Below are positions 1 to 10,314 of a stretch of 47,397 nucleotides of DNA, in pieces. The notes under the pieces are model-generated. The model was given only the letters and a program-made list of their open reading frames with translations, had not been told where the DNA came from and made no database searches. Within the stretch, counting starts at the first letter, position 1. Each line of letters starts with the position of its first letter. The position numbers and the translations under genes were made by a program. The DNA is from Centroscyllium fabricii (Eukaryota): NCBI GenBank assembly GCA_051313645.2, contig JBNRSN020000027.1, positions 54,932,001 to 54,979,397 of the forward strand, written 5' to 3'.

Positions 1-2620
1 AGTTACCCCTTATCCTTCGACTATGACCCCTGGTTCTGGACTCTCCGATCATTGGGAACATTCTTCCTGCATCAAGTTTGTCCAGACCAGTTAGAATTTT
101 ATACGTTTCGATGAGATCCCCTCTCAATCTTCCAAATTCCAGAGAATACAAACCCAGTCTACCCAGTCTCTCCTCATACGTCATTCCTGCCATTCCAGGT
201 ATCAGCCTGGTGAATCTTCTCTGCACTCCCTCCATGGCAAGGACGTCCTTCCTTAGATAAGGAGACCAAAATTGCACACAGTACTCAAGGTGTGGTCTCA
301 CCAAGGCCCTGTACAACTGCAGCAAGACCTCCCTGTTCCTGTACTCGAACCCTTTCGCTATGAAGGCCAACATACCATTTGCCTTCTTAACCGCCTGCTG
401 CACCTGCATGCTCACCTTCAGTGACTGGTGCACAAGGACACCCAGGTCTCGTTGTACTTCCCCTTCTCCCAATCTATTGCCGTTCAGATAATAGTCGGCA
501 TTTCTGTTTTTGCCCCCAAAGTGGATAACCTCGCATTTATCCACATTATACTGCATCTGCCACATCTCAGCCCACTCGCCCAACCTGTCCAAATCATCCT
601 GGAGCTTCCTGGTATCGTCCTCGCAGCACACACCCCCTCCCAGCTTTGTGTCATCTGCAAACTTGGAGACATTACATTTAGTTCCCTTTTCTAAATCATT
701 AATGTGTATTGTGAATAGCTGGGGTCCCAGGAACGATCCCTGCGGTACCCCACTAGTCACTGCCTGCCACTCTGAAAAAGACCCATTTACTCCTCCTCTC
801 TGCTTTCTGTCCGCCAACCAGTTCTCAATCCAAGTCAATACCTTGCCCCCAATCCCATGTGCCCTAACTTTACATGCTAATCTCTTGTCGAACGCCTTCT
901 GAAAGTCTAAGTACACCACATCTACTGGTTCTCCCTGATCAATATTCCCAGTTACATCCTCAAAAAATTCCAGTAGATTAGTCAAGCACGATTTACCTTT
1001 TGTAAATCCATGTTGACTTTGTCCGATCGTGCCACTGATTTTCAAGTGCTCAGCTATTACATCCTTTATTATGGACTCCAGCATCTTCCCCACTACCGAT
1101 GTCAGGCTTACTGGTCTGTAATTTCCCGCTTTCTCCCTACCACCCTTTTTGAATAGTGGGGTAACATTAGCCACCCTCCAATCCATGGATACAATTCCAG
1201 ATTCCATCGATTGCTGAAAGATAATCAGTAATGCATCCACTATTTCTAGGGCCACTTCCTTAAGTACCCTAGGATGTAGATTATCAGGCCCTGGGGATTT
1301 ATCTGCCTTTAATCCCATCAATTTCCCTAACACCATTTCCCTGCAAATATGGATATCCTTCAGTTCCTCCCCTTCATCAAACCTTATGTTCCCCAATATC
1401 TCTGGGAGATTACTTGTGTCCTCCTTTGTGAAGACAGAACCAAAATATGCATTTAATTGGTCGCCCATTTCTTTGTTCCCCATTATCACTTCCCCTGCTT
1501 CTGACTGTAAGGGACCTACGCTTGATTTCACTAATCTTTTTCTCTTCACATATCTATAAAAGCTCTTACAGTCAGATTTTATATTCCCTGCAAGCTTACT
1601 TTCATATTCTATTTTCCCCTTCTTAATTAATCCCTTTGTTCTCCTTTGTTGAATCCTAAACTGTTCCGAATCCTCAGGGTTACTGCTTTTTTTGGGCAGT
1701 TTATATGCCCTTTCCTTTGATCTTATGCTATCCCTAATTTCTCTCGTCAGCCACGGTTGCGCTGCCCTTTTTGTTTTATTCTTGTGCCACACTGGGATGA
1801 ACAACTTCTGTAGTTCATCCATGCAGCCTTTGAATATTTGCCATTGCCTATTTACTGTCAACCCTTTGAGTGACATTCCCCAGTCAATCCTACCTAGTTC
1901 GCTCCTCATACCATCATAGTTTCCCTTATTTAGATTCAGGAGCCTAGTCTCTGATTCCACAACCTCACTCTCCATCCTAATGAGGAATTCTATCATGTTA
2001 TGATCACTCAGACCCAAGGGGCCCCGTACCACGAGATCGGTAATTACTCCTTTCTCGTTACATAATACCCAGTCTAGGATGGCCTGGTCTCTGGTTGGTT
2101 CCTCGACATATTGTTCCAAAAAACCGTCCTGTAGACATTCTAGGAATTCCTCCTCAACAGTATTTTTACTAATCTGATTAGCCCAGTCGATATGTAACTT
2201 AAAGTCCCCCATGATGACTGCTGTGCCCTTACTGCAAGCTTCTCTAATTTCCTTTTTAATGCCATTCCCAACCTCCATATTACTGTTTGGAGGTCTGTAT
2301 ACCACTCCCACTAATGTTTTCTGACCCTTGTTATTTCTCAGTTCTACCCATACAGACTCCACATCATCAGAGTTAATATCCTTCCTTTCAATTGTGTTGA
2401 TCCCCTCCTTAACCAGCAATGCTACCCCACCACCCTTTCTTTTTTGTCTATCTTTCCTAAATATTGAGTACCCCTGGATGTTGGGTTCCCAGTCATGGCC
2501 ACCCTGGAGCCATGTTTCTGTAATCCCAATCAAATCATAATCATTTACCTCTATTTGTGCCGCTAATTCATCTACCTTGTTCCGAATGTTCCTTGCATTA
2601 AGACACAAGGCCTTCAGGCT
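1..2620 (-). pseudogene. CR1 ORF2 (APE endonuclease + RT) of copy 1, with a 12-bp in-frame deletion and a probable 1-bp deletion near its N-terminus
   Basis: Reads DFQKAFDK-RLACK where the intact copy has DFQKAFDKVPHKRLACK (~885-895). The A-run at ~2623-2628 is one base short of joining the upstream -1 frame. The ORF track lists no stop-terminated segment in this frame, consistent with it running open to the window edge. Confidence 0.85.
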
Positions 2621-2786
2621 TGTTTTTTAATGCTCTCAGCTCTATATGTATTACTATTTCCTGTGGCCAAGTTTGATTTAAACTGTTGTGTTTTTCGCCT
2701 TATACTTTTCGTTATCTCCTTCTTGCCTTTTACTTTTATTGTTGATCCCCTTTCCTCTGTCCTCCTGTTCCCAATCCCCTGCCATT

Positions 2787-3485
2787 TTAGTTTAAATCCT
2801 CCCTCACAGCACTAGCAAACACTCCCCCCAGCACATTGGTTCCAGCCCTGCCCAGGTGCAGACCGTCCGGTTTGTGCAGGTCCCACCTCTCCCCGAACCA
2901 GTTCCAATGTCCCAAAAACTTGAATCCCTCCCCCTTGCACCAATCTTCCAGCCATGTATTTATCTGAAGTATCCTTCTATTTCTACTCTGACTAGCACGT
3001 GGCACCGGCAGCAATCCTGAGATTACTACCTTTGAGGTCCTGCTTTTTAATTTATCTCCTAACTCCCTATATTCTGATTTAAGGACCTCATCCCGTTTTT
3101 TACCTATATCGTTGGTGCCTATGTGCACCACGACAACTGGCTGTTCACCCTCCCTTTCCAGGATGTTCTGCAGCCGCTCGGAGACATCCTTGACCCTTGC
3201 ACCAGGGAGGCAACACACCATCCTGGAGTCTCGCTTACGGCCACAGAAATGCCTCTCTATTCCCCTAACAATTGAATCCCCTATGACAATAGCTCTTCCA
3301 CTCTTTTTCCCTCCAGCCTGTGCAGCAGAGCCTCTCCTGGTGCCAGGAAGATGACTGCTGCTGGCTTCCTTTGATAGGTCATCTCCCCCAACAGTACTCA
3401 AAGGGCTGTATCTGTTAGAGAGGGAGATGGCCACAGGGGTTCCCTGCACTACCTGCCTATGTCTGTTTCTCGGCTTGCTGGTCAC
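2787..3485 (-). pseudogene. CR1 ORF1 C-terminal part (SGNH/GDSL esterase domain), 5'-truncated
   Basis: Motifs IGDSIVRG, CLPGA, HIGTNDIG, DGLHL are present. The N-terminal CxxC zinc finger seen at 6904-7854 is missing. Confidence 0.9.
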
Positions 3486-3589
3486 CCTGTTGCAGCTGTG
3501 AATGATGTTGTGGGATCACGATGGATAACATTACTGATTCATGCTCGACTAAGTTACCTTCAGCAAGGCCTGAGAGATACCAGAACTAA

Positions 3590-3862
3590 GAGGTTAGAAC
3601 TATCAGGAAAGATTGAACGGGCTGGAGCTCTTGTCTCTAGAAAAGAGCAGGCTGAGGGGGTGACCTGATCGAGGTCTTCAAAATTATGACGTGGTTTGAT
3701 AGGGTAGACGTAGAGAAGATGTTTCCACTTGTAGACAACGAGTCCAGAACTAGAGGCCATGAATTTAAGACGGTCATCAATAAATCCAGTAAGGAATTCA
3801 GGAAAAACCTCTTTACCCAGAGAGTGTTTAGAATGTGGAACTTGCTCCCACTGGGAGTAGTT
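3590..3862 (+). mobile_element. Older CR1 3' fragment, left part, interrupted by the full-length CR1
   Basis: Encodes DRVDVEKMFPL..SRTRGH..FTQRVFRMWNLLPLGVV and continues in frame at 8874 (EVDSTDAFKGKL). Confidence 0.85.
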
Positions 3863-3952
3863 AGAATCATAGAAGATAGGAGCAGGAGTAGGCCATTCAG
3901 CCCTTCGAGCCTGCTCCGCCATTCAATGAGATCATGGCTGATCTTTAGCAAG

Positions 3953-6907
3953 CTAGTACCCCGTCCCCGCCTTTTCTCCATAACCTTTAATCCCTTTAGC
4001 TTGAAGAAATATATCCAATTCCCTCTTGAATATGTTTAATGAACTGGCCTCCACCGCCCTCTGTGGCAGGGAATTCCACAGGCCCACCACTCTCTGAGTG
4101 AAGAAATTCTTCCTCATGTCTGTCCTAAATGGTTTACCCCTTATCCTTAGACTGTGGCCCCTGGTTCTGGACTCCCCCGCCATTGGAAACATTCTCTCTG
4201 AATCTAACCTGTCCAGACCTTTCAGAATTTTATACGTCTCAATGAGATCACCTCTCAATCTTCTAAACTCCAACGAGTACAAGCCCAGACTACACAATCT
4301 CTCCTCGTAGGTCATTCCTGCCATTCCCGGAATCAGCCTGGTGAAACGCCGCTGCACTCCTTCCATGGCAAGAACATCCTTCCTCAGGCGAGGCGACCAG
4401 AACTGTACACAATACTCGAGGTGTGGTCTCACCAGTGCCTTGTACAGCTGCAGTAAGGTATCCTTATTCCTATACTTGAACCCTCTTGATATGAAGGCCA
4501 ACATACCATTTGCCTTCCTAACCGCCTGCTGCACCTGCGTGCTCGCCTTCAGCGACTGGTGCACAAGAACACCCAGGTCTCTCTGCACCTCCCCATCTCC
4601 CAATCTATTGCCATTTAAGTAGTAATCTACCCTCCTGTTTTTGCCCCCAAAGTGGATAACCTCACATTTATCCACATTATAGTGCATCTGCCATCTATCT
4701 GCCCAGTCCCCCAACTTATCCAAATCTCCCTGTAACTTCCTGACACCCTCTTCAGAGCCTGCTCCCCCTCCTAGTTTGGTGTCATCCGTGAATTTGGAGA
4801 TATTACATTCAATTCCCTGATCCAGATCATTAATATATATTGTAAACAGCTGAGGTCCCAGGACAGACCCCTGCGGTACTCCACTAGTCACCGGCTGCCA
4901 CTCAGAAAACGAGCCGTTAATTCCAACTCTCTGTTTTCTGTCTGCCAACCAGTTCCCTATCCACATCAAAACTTTGCCCCCAATCCCATGAGCCTTAATT
5001 TTGCATGCTAATCTTTTATGTGGAACCTTATCGAAGGCTTTCTGGAAGTCAAGGTACACCACATCTACTGGCTCTCCCCCATCTATTTTCCGAGTTACTT
5101 CCTCAAAGAATTCCAATAGATTAGTTAAACATGATTTACCTTTTGTAAATCCATGTTGACTCTGTCCGATCTCATCCCTAATTGTCAAATGCTCCGAGAT
5201 TACATCCTTGATAATGGACTCGAGCATTTTGCCCACTACTGATGTAAGGCTTACTGGTCTATAATTCCCTGCTTTCTCTCTGCCCCCCTTTTTAAATAGT
5301 GGGGTAACATTAGCCACCCTCCAATCCGTGGGTACTGATCCAGAGTCTATCGAGTTCTGGAAAATGATCCTTAAAGCACCCTCTATTTCCAGGGCTACCT
5401 CTTTAAGTACCCTAGGATGTAGATTATCAGGCCCTGGGGATTTGTCGGCCTTCAATCCCTTCAACTTCCCCAAAACCATCTCCCTAGAAATACTGATATC
5501 TGTTAGCTCCTCCCTTGCATTAGACCCTATGTTCGCTGCTATCCCTGGGAGGTTGCTTGTGTCCTCCTTTGTGAAAACAGTACCAAAATATGAATTTAGT
5601 TGGTCTGCCATTTCTTTATTCCCCATTATATATTCCCCTGAATCGGACTGCAAGGGACCGACTTGGGATTTTACCAATCTTTTCCTCTTGATGTACCTAT
5701 AAAAGCTTTTGCAGTCAGTTTTTATGTTTGCCGCCAGCTTACATTCGTAATCTATCTTTCCCCTCCTGATTAATCCCTTTGTCTTCCTTTGCTGTATCCT
5801 GAACTGCTCCCAATCTTCCGGCCTAGTACTTTTTTTGGCCAATTGATATGCCCATTTTTTGGATTTAATGTTGTCCCTTATTTCCCTTGTTATCCATGGT
5901 TGAGTCACCTTTCTAGGTTTATTCTTATGCCAAACCGGTATGAACGAGTTCTGTATTTCTTCCATCCTATACTTGAATGCTTGCCATTGTCTATCCACAT
6001 TCAATCCCCCCAGGAACACTGCCCAATCTATCTTGCTTAATTCCCTTCTCATACCTTCATAATTCCCTTTATTTAAATTCAGGACCTTAGTCTCTGAGTT
6101 GATCTTTTCACTTTCCATCCCAACTGAGAATTCGATCATATTATGATCGCTCCGACCCAAGGGGCCTCGTACAACTAGATTGCTAATTAGTCCCTTATCA
6201 TTGCACAATACCCAGTCTAAGATGGCCTGATCCCGAGTTGGTTCCTCGACATATTGGTCCAGATACCCATCCCGTAGACATTCTAGGAATTCCTCCTCCT
6301 CAGTATTTTTACTAACTTGGCTAGTCCAATCAATATGTAGATTAAAGTCGCCCATGACGACAGCTGTGCCCTTATTGCAAGCTTCTCTAATTTCCCTTTT
6401 TATGCCGTCCCCCACCTTCATATTACTATTTGGAGGCCTGTATATAACTCCCACTAATGTTTTCCGCCCTTTACTATTTCTTAGTTCTACCCATATAGAT
6501 TCCGTATCATCTGAGTTAATATCCTTCCTTTCAATTGCATTTATCCCCTCTTTCACCAGCAATGCCACCCCACCTCCCTTTCTTTTGTGCCGATCCTTTC
6601 TGAATGTTGTATACCCCGGGATGTTGAGTTCCCAGCCTTGCCCCCCCTGCAGCCATGTTTCCGTAATTCCAATCAACTCATATTTGCTTACCTCTATTTC
6701 CACAGCTAGTTCATCCACCTTGTTCCTAATGCTTCTTGCATTAAGATACAAAGCCTTTAGGCTTGTTTTGATCACACTATTATGAATTTGTTTGACCCTT
6801 TGTGTTTCTCTCCCTTGCTTATTGTTTCTCACCTTCCTACCATTTGTTTCTGGCTTCCTATGACCTCCCTCTTTTCCACTACCTATCCCAACCCCCTGCC
6901 AAGTTAG
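3953..6907 (-). CDS. CR1 ORF2: apurinic-type endonuclease + reverse transcriptase (no ATG start; frame open back to the ORF1 stop region)
   Basis: APE motifs LNARSI, GITETWL, YRPP, GDFN, SDH. RT motifs KSPGPD, NYRPVSLTS, QHGF, DFQKAFD, GVPQGSVLGP, FTDD. The 'M' at 6832 in the track is a GTG codon. Confidence 0.96.
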   Translation of the reverse strand, partial: LTWQGVGIGSGKEGGHRKPETNGRKVRNNKQGRETQRVKQIHNSVIKTSLKALYLNARSIRNKVDELAVEIEVSKYELIGITETWLQGGQGWELNIPGYTTFRKDRHKRKGGGVALLVKEGINAIERKDINSDDTESIWVELRNSKGRKTLVGVIYRPPNSNMKVGDGIKREIREACNKGTAVVMGDFNLHIDWTSQVSKNTEEEEFLECLRDGYLDQYVEEPTRDQAILDWVLCNDKGLISNLVVRGPLGRSDHNMIEFSVGMESEKINSETKVLNLNKGNYEGMRRELSKIDWAVFLGGLNVDRQWQAFKYRMEEIQNSFIPVWHKNKPRKVTQPWITREIRDNIKSKKWAYQLAKKSTRPEDWEQFRIQQRKTKGLIRRGKIDYECKLAANIKTDCKSFYRYIKRKRLVKSQVGPLQSDSGEYIMGNKEMADQLNSYFGTVFTKEDTSNLPGIAANIGSNAREELTDISISREMVLGKLKGLKADKSPGPDNLHPRVLKEVALEIEGALRIIFQNSIDSGSVPTDWRVANVTPLFKKGGREKAGNYRPVSLTSVVGKMLESIIKDVISEHLTIRDEIGQSQHGFTKGKSCLTNLLEFFEEVTRKIDGGEPVDVVYLDFQKAFDKVPHKRLACKIKAHGIGGKVLMWIGNWLADRKQRVGINGSFSEWQPVTSGVPQGSVLGPQLFTIYINDLDQGIECNISKFTDDTKLGGGAGSEEGVRKLQGDLDKLGDWADRWQMHYNVDKCEVIHFGGKNRRVDYYLNGNRLGDGEVQRDLGVLVHQSLKASTQVQQAVRKANGMLAFISRGFKYRNKDTLLQLYKALVRPHLEYCVQFWSPRLRKDVLAMEGVQRRFTRLIPGMAGMTYEERLCSLGLYSLEFRRLRGDLIETYKILKGLDRLDSERMFPMAGESRTRGHSLRIRGKPFRTDMRKNFFTQRVVGLWNSLPQRAVEASSLNIFKRELDIFLQAKGIKGYGEKAGTGY

Positions 6908-7854
6908 TTTAAACCCTCCCCAACCATGCTAGCAAACCTCCCCGCCAGGATATTGGTCCCCCTCCGGTTAAGGTGGAGACCGTCGTCCCCATACAAGTCC
7001 CACCTTTCCCAGAAACAGGGCCAGTTATCCAGGAAACTAAAGCCCTCCCTCCTGCACCAACTCTTGAGCCACGTATTAAGCTGCTCTATCCTCCTATTCC
7101 TATACTCACTAAATCGTGGCACAGGGAGTAATCCAGAGATTACAACCTTTGAGGTCCTGCACTTTAATTTTCTGCCTAGCTCCCTGAATTCTTGTTGCAG
7201 GACCTCATCCCTCTTTTTACCTATGTCGTTGATTCCTATGTGTACAACGACCTCTAACTGGTTTCCCTCCCTTTCCAGGATGCCCTGCAGCCGTCCCGTG
7301 ACATCCTTGACCCTGGCACCAGGGAGGCAACAGACCATCCTGGAGTCACGTCTACGGCCACAGAAACGCCTATCTGCTCCCCTTACGATAGAGTCCCCTA
7401 CCACTATTGCTCTCTCACGCCTTTTCCCCCCCAGCTGAACAGCAGAAGCAACCCCAGTGCCCGGAGGTTGGCCACTGTTGCATTCCCCTGGTAGCTCGTT
7501 CCCCCCAACAGTATCCAAAACGGCATACTTGTTCGTGAGGGGGATGGCCACAGGGGTTTCCTGCTCTACCTGCCTGGCCTTACTGTTCTTTCTGCTGGTC
7601 ACCCAATTCCCTTCTGCCTGCACACCCTTAGCCTGCGGTGTGACCAGCTCACTGTATGAGTGATCCACGCACCTCTCAGTATCGCGAATGCTCCATAACC
7701 CATCCACCCTCAGTTCCAGTGCCGCAATGCGGTCAGTCAGTAACTGAAGGTGGACGCATTTCCCACACACATGGTCACCAGGGACTCCAGTGGTGACCCT
7801 GGCTTCCCACATGTGGCAGGAGGAGCAAAGCACGGCACCGAGCTCCACTGACAT
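6904..7854 (-). CDS. CR1 ORF1: zinc finger (CxxC..CxxC) + leucine zipper + SGNH esterase domain
   Basis: CSSC...CGKC, then heptad LTDRIAALELRVDGL, then GDS / PGA / GIND / DGLH blocks. ATG at 7854. Confidence 0.95.
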   Translation of the reverse strand: MSVELGAVLCSSCHMWEARVTTGVPGDHVCGKCVHLQLLTDRIAALELRVDGLWSIRDTERCVDHSYSELVTPQAKGVQAEGNWVTSRKNSKARQVEQETPVAIPLTNKYAVLDTVGGNELPGECNSGQPPGTGVASAVQLGGKRRERAIVVGDSIVRGADRRFCGRRRDSRMVCCLPGARVKDVTGRLQGILEREGNQLEVVVHIGINDIGKKRDEVLQQEFRELGRKLKCRTSKVVISGLLPVPRFSEYRNRRIEQLNTWLKSWCRREGFSFLDNWPCFWERWDLYGDDGLHLNRRGTNILAGRFASMVGEGLN

Positions 7855-8269
7855 GACGTACCCCTCTAATTACTTTTACAAAAAATTTAACACCACCAAA
7901 AAAACAAGATATATACTAGGGTGCTAGTCTACCAGAAGTCCCCGTTATACCACAGAGACCTCAGAAAAAGAAATAACAATAAAAATAAAAAAATATCACT
8001 TACCCTGCTTGCCTTTATAGCCGCCGCCTCCTGGAAAAAAGAACAATGACCCGGAAAACTCCTGTCCTGGTCCTGCTGCCGCCGCCGACTGCTACCTCTG
8101 TCCAGGAGCCCTTCCACTTAGGTTAAGTCCCTGAAACAAAAAACAAATCAAACCTACCTTTTAAATTCCCTCTACCCCTAAAGGTTAGAGGAGGTGGAAG
8201 GGTGGGAGACACTACTAGTGTAGTGTCTCGGGTTTAGCAACTGCTCCACCTATATACGGGTACCAATGG

Positions 8270-8873
8270 ATTGGCCCCGCCCCCTGGCTCCGACCTCTGC
8301 TAGGTCCGCTCTGCCCCGCCCCCTGGCTTTAAAAAAAGCCCGCGAAACTCGGTCCGCTCTGCTCGCTGCTGCTGCGGTCTCTCGGGACCCACCTAGCTCA
8401 GCTCTGCGCTGCTCGGCTCTTTATAGCCGCCTCCTCGCTGCTGTTGCAGCGCTCCGACCTCTGCTTGGTCCGCTCTGCCCCGCCCCCTGGCTTTAAAAAA
8501 AGCCCGCGAAACTCGGTCCGCTCTGCTCGCTGCTGCTGCGGTCTCTCGGGACCCACCTAGCTCAGCTCTGCGCTGCTCGGCTCTTTATAGCCGCCTCCTC
8601 GCTGCTGTTGCAGCGCTCCGACCTCTGCTAGGTCTGCTCTGCCCCGCCCCCTGGCTTTAAAAAAAGCCCGCGAAACTCGGTCCGCTCTGCTCGCTGCTGC
8701 TGCGGTCTCTCGGGACCCACCTAGCTCAGCTCTGCGCTGCTCGGCTCTTTATAGCCGCCTCCTCGCTGCTGTTGCAGCGCTCCGACCTCTGCTAGGTCCG
8801 CTCTGCCCCGCCCCCGGCTTTAAAAAAAGCCCGCGAAACTCGGTCCGCTCTGCTCGCTGCTGCTGCGGTCTCT
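8270..8873 (-). repeat. ~3.6 tandem copies of a 164-bp GC-rich monomer forming the CR1 5' end (putative internal promoter)
   Basis: CTCCGACCTCTGCT recurs at 8288, 8452, 8616 and 8780. On the element strand each unit has GGGGCGGGG and GGCTATAAAG. Confidence 0.93.
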
Positions 8874-8950
8874 GAGGTGGATAGCACAGATGCATTTAAG
8901 GGGAAGCTAGCTACGTACATGAGGGAGAAAGGAATAGAGGGATATGCTGG
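8874..8950 (+). mobile_element. Older CR1 fragment, right part
   Basis: Encodes EVDSTDAFKGKLATYMREKGIEGY, continuing 3590-3862. Confidence 0.8.
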
Positions 8951-8953
8951 TAG

Positions 8954-9314
8954 CCAGGGCCAGCCTTAGGCCAATTGAACCTATTTAACCCAATGGGGCC
9001 CTGCACCCATTACTTGAAAGTCCAAACTCAAAACCCTAACACCTTCAAACCAAACCTGTGTCTTATTCTTTTGAGCTGCAAAAAGGCACCAATCAATAAT
9101 TAGTCTCGGGCTAGAAATGCAGGCATGGAGCAGTCATGCACAACATGACTAATTATAGCAACCTTGAAGGAGATCTGGATCACTTTACTTTCACACTGAT
9201 GCTTGGGTATCATACTGGGCGCTGACTTGAGTTTAGCCAGCCCTGAGTGATGTGTAATATCATATTGCTTAGGTTCCACCCTGGTCCAAATTGGACCCTG
9301 CAATTGCTACGGCC
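8954..9314. mobile_element. Possible hAT-type MITE
   Basis: Starts CAGGGCCAGCCTTAGG. A partial matching right end (CTACGGCC) is cut by the adjacent SINE. Confidence 0.35.
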
Positions 9315-9577
9315 GGGTGCTCCGGTTTCCTCCCACAGTCCAAAGATGTGCGGGTTAGGTTGATTGGCCATGATAAAATTGACCCTTAGTGTGTTAGGGG
9401 GATTAAATGTGTGGGGTTACGGGGCTAGGGTGGGATATGTGTCTGTGTAGGCTCGATATGGGAAGAGGGCAGGGGCGGGGAGCTGGGTTTGGATGATCAG
9501 CCATGATCTCATTGAATGGCGGAGCAGGCTCGAAGGGCCGAATGGCCTACTCCTGCTCCTATCTTCTATGTTTCTAT
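9311..9577 (+). mobile_element. HE1-type V-SINE, 5'-truncated
   Basis: V-domain (CCGGGTGCTCCGGTTTCCTCCCACAGTCCAAAGA) plus a CR1-shared 3' tail. Confidence 0.88.
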
Positions 9578-9786
9578 GGTAGGGTTGGAGGAGGTTCGTG
9601 TGGAGCATAAACACCAGCACAGACGAGTTAGGCCAAATGGTCTGTTTCTATGCTGTAAATTCAGTGTCATTCCATGTAAGGCCTACGAAGTATGGGATCA
9701 CAGCACATGAAGGAAACGGATGGTTTTAAATGCGGCGTATTTTAGATCCTGGCCTACAGACGGCTTGGATGAAGGATTTGTGCCTT

Positions 9787-10157
9787 GGACGACACGGTGG
9801 TGCAGTGGTTAGCACTGCTGCCTCGCAATAAGGAGCTCCTGGGTTCGACTCCTGCTTGGCCCGGGACACCTCTGCGTGGAGTTTGCATGTTCTCCCCGTG
9901 TTCGAGTGGGTTTCCTCCGGATACTCCGGTTTCCTCCCAACCCCCAAAGACATGCAGGTTAGGTGAATTGGAGATACTAAAAATTGCCCATGAGTATGTG
10001 TGTGAGATATAGTTCTTGGAGTTGGGGGTGTGAGGAGGGAGGGAGTAGGAGTGGGGTGCTGGGTTTGGATGATCAGCCATGATCTCATCAAAAATGGCGG
10101 AGCAGGCTCGAAGGGCCGAATGGCCTACTCCTGCTCCTATCTTCTGTGTTTCTGTGT
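9787..10157 (+). mobile_element. HE1-related V-SINE, second subfamily
   Basis: tRNA-like A box TGGTGCAGTGG and B box GGTTCGACTCC, V-domain, CR1-type tail ending in TTCTGTGT repeats. Confidence 0.88.
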
Positions 10158-10314
10158 GCCTTCAGTGAGTTTTGCCCCTCGCTGATATTCATTGTTTTGC
10201 TTTCTTTATTCCTCTGGTTTTCATTCTTCAGAACTTTTCATCCTTTTTTTTTTGTTGCATCGATCATTTCTTAGCTCCACCGAATGATTGTTCATCTTCA
10301 TAATTTATTTTCAG

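Larger units (their letters stand above)
1..3486 (-). mobile_element. CR1/HER1-type non-LTR retrotransposon, copy 1 (5'-truncated within ORF1, 3' end runs off the window)
   Basis: The minus strand encodes an SGNH ORF1 remnant followed by APE-RT ORF2 motifs (LNARNI, FQKAFD, GVPQGS, FADDTKL), colinear with the copy at 3863-8873 but clearly diverged. Confidence 0.95.
3863..8873 (-). mobile_element. Full-length CR1/HER1 LINE (~5.0 kb) with two intact ORFs
   Basis: Has a 5' tandem array, a 316-aa ORF1, an ORF2 of >=959 aa, and a short 3' UTR with the GATCAGCCATGATCTCATTGAATGGCGGAGCAGGCTCGAAGGG tail plus a short CTATGATT-type repeat. Both flanks rejoin an older CR1 fragment. Confidence 0.97.

Noticed and set aside
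2760-2786. ATG just after the ORF1 stop in copy 1 (TAAAATG) as a reinitiation start for ORF2
   Set aside because: That frame hits several stops before the endonuclease, and the ATG is absent from the intact copy (TAACTTG).
78-7663. Plus-strand ORFs overlapping the CR1 elements
   Set aside because: They are antisense shadows of the CR1 coding frames with no domain-like content.
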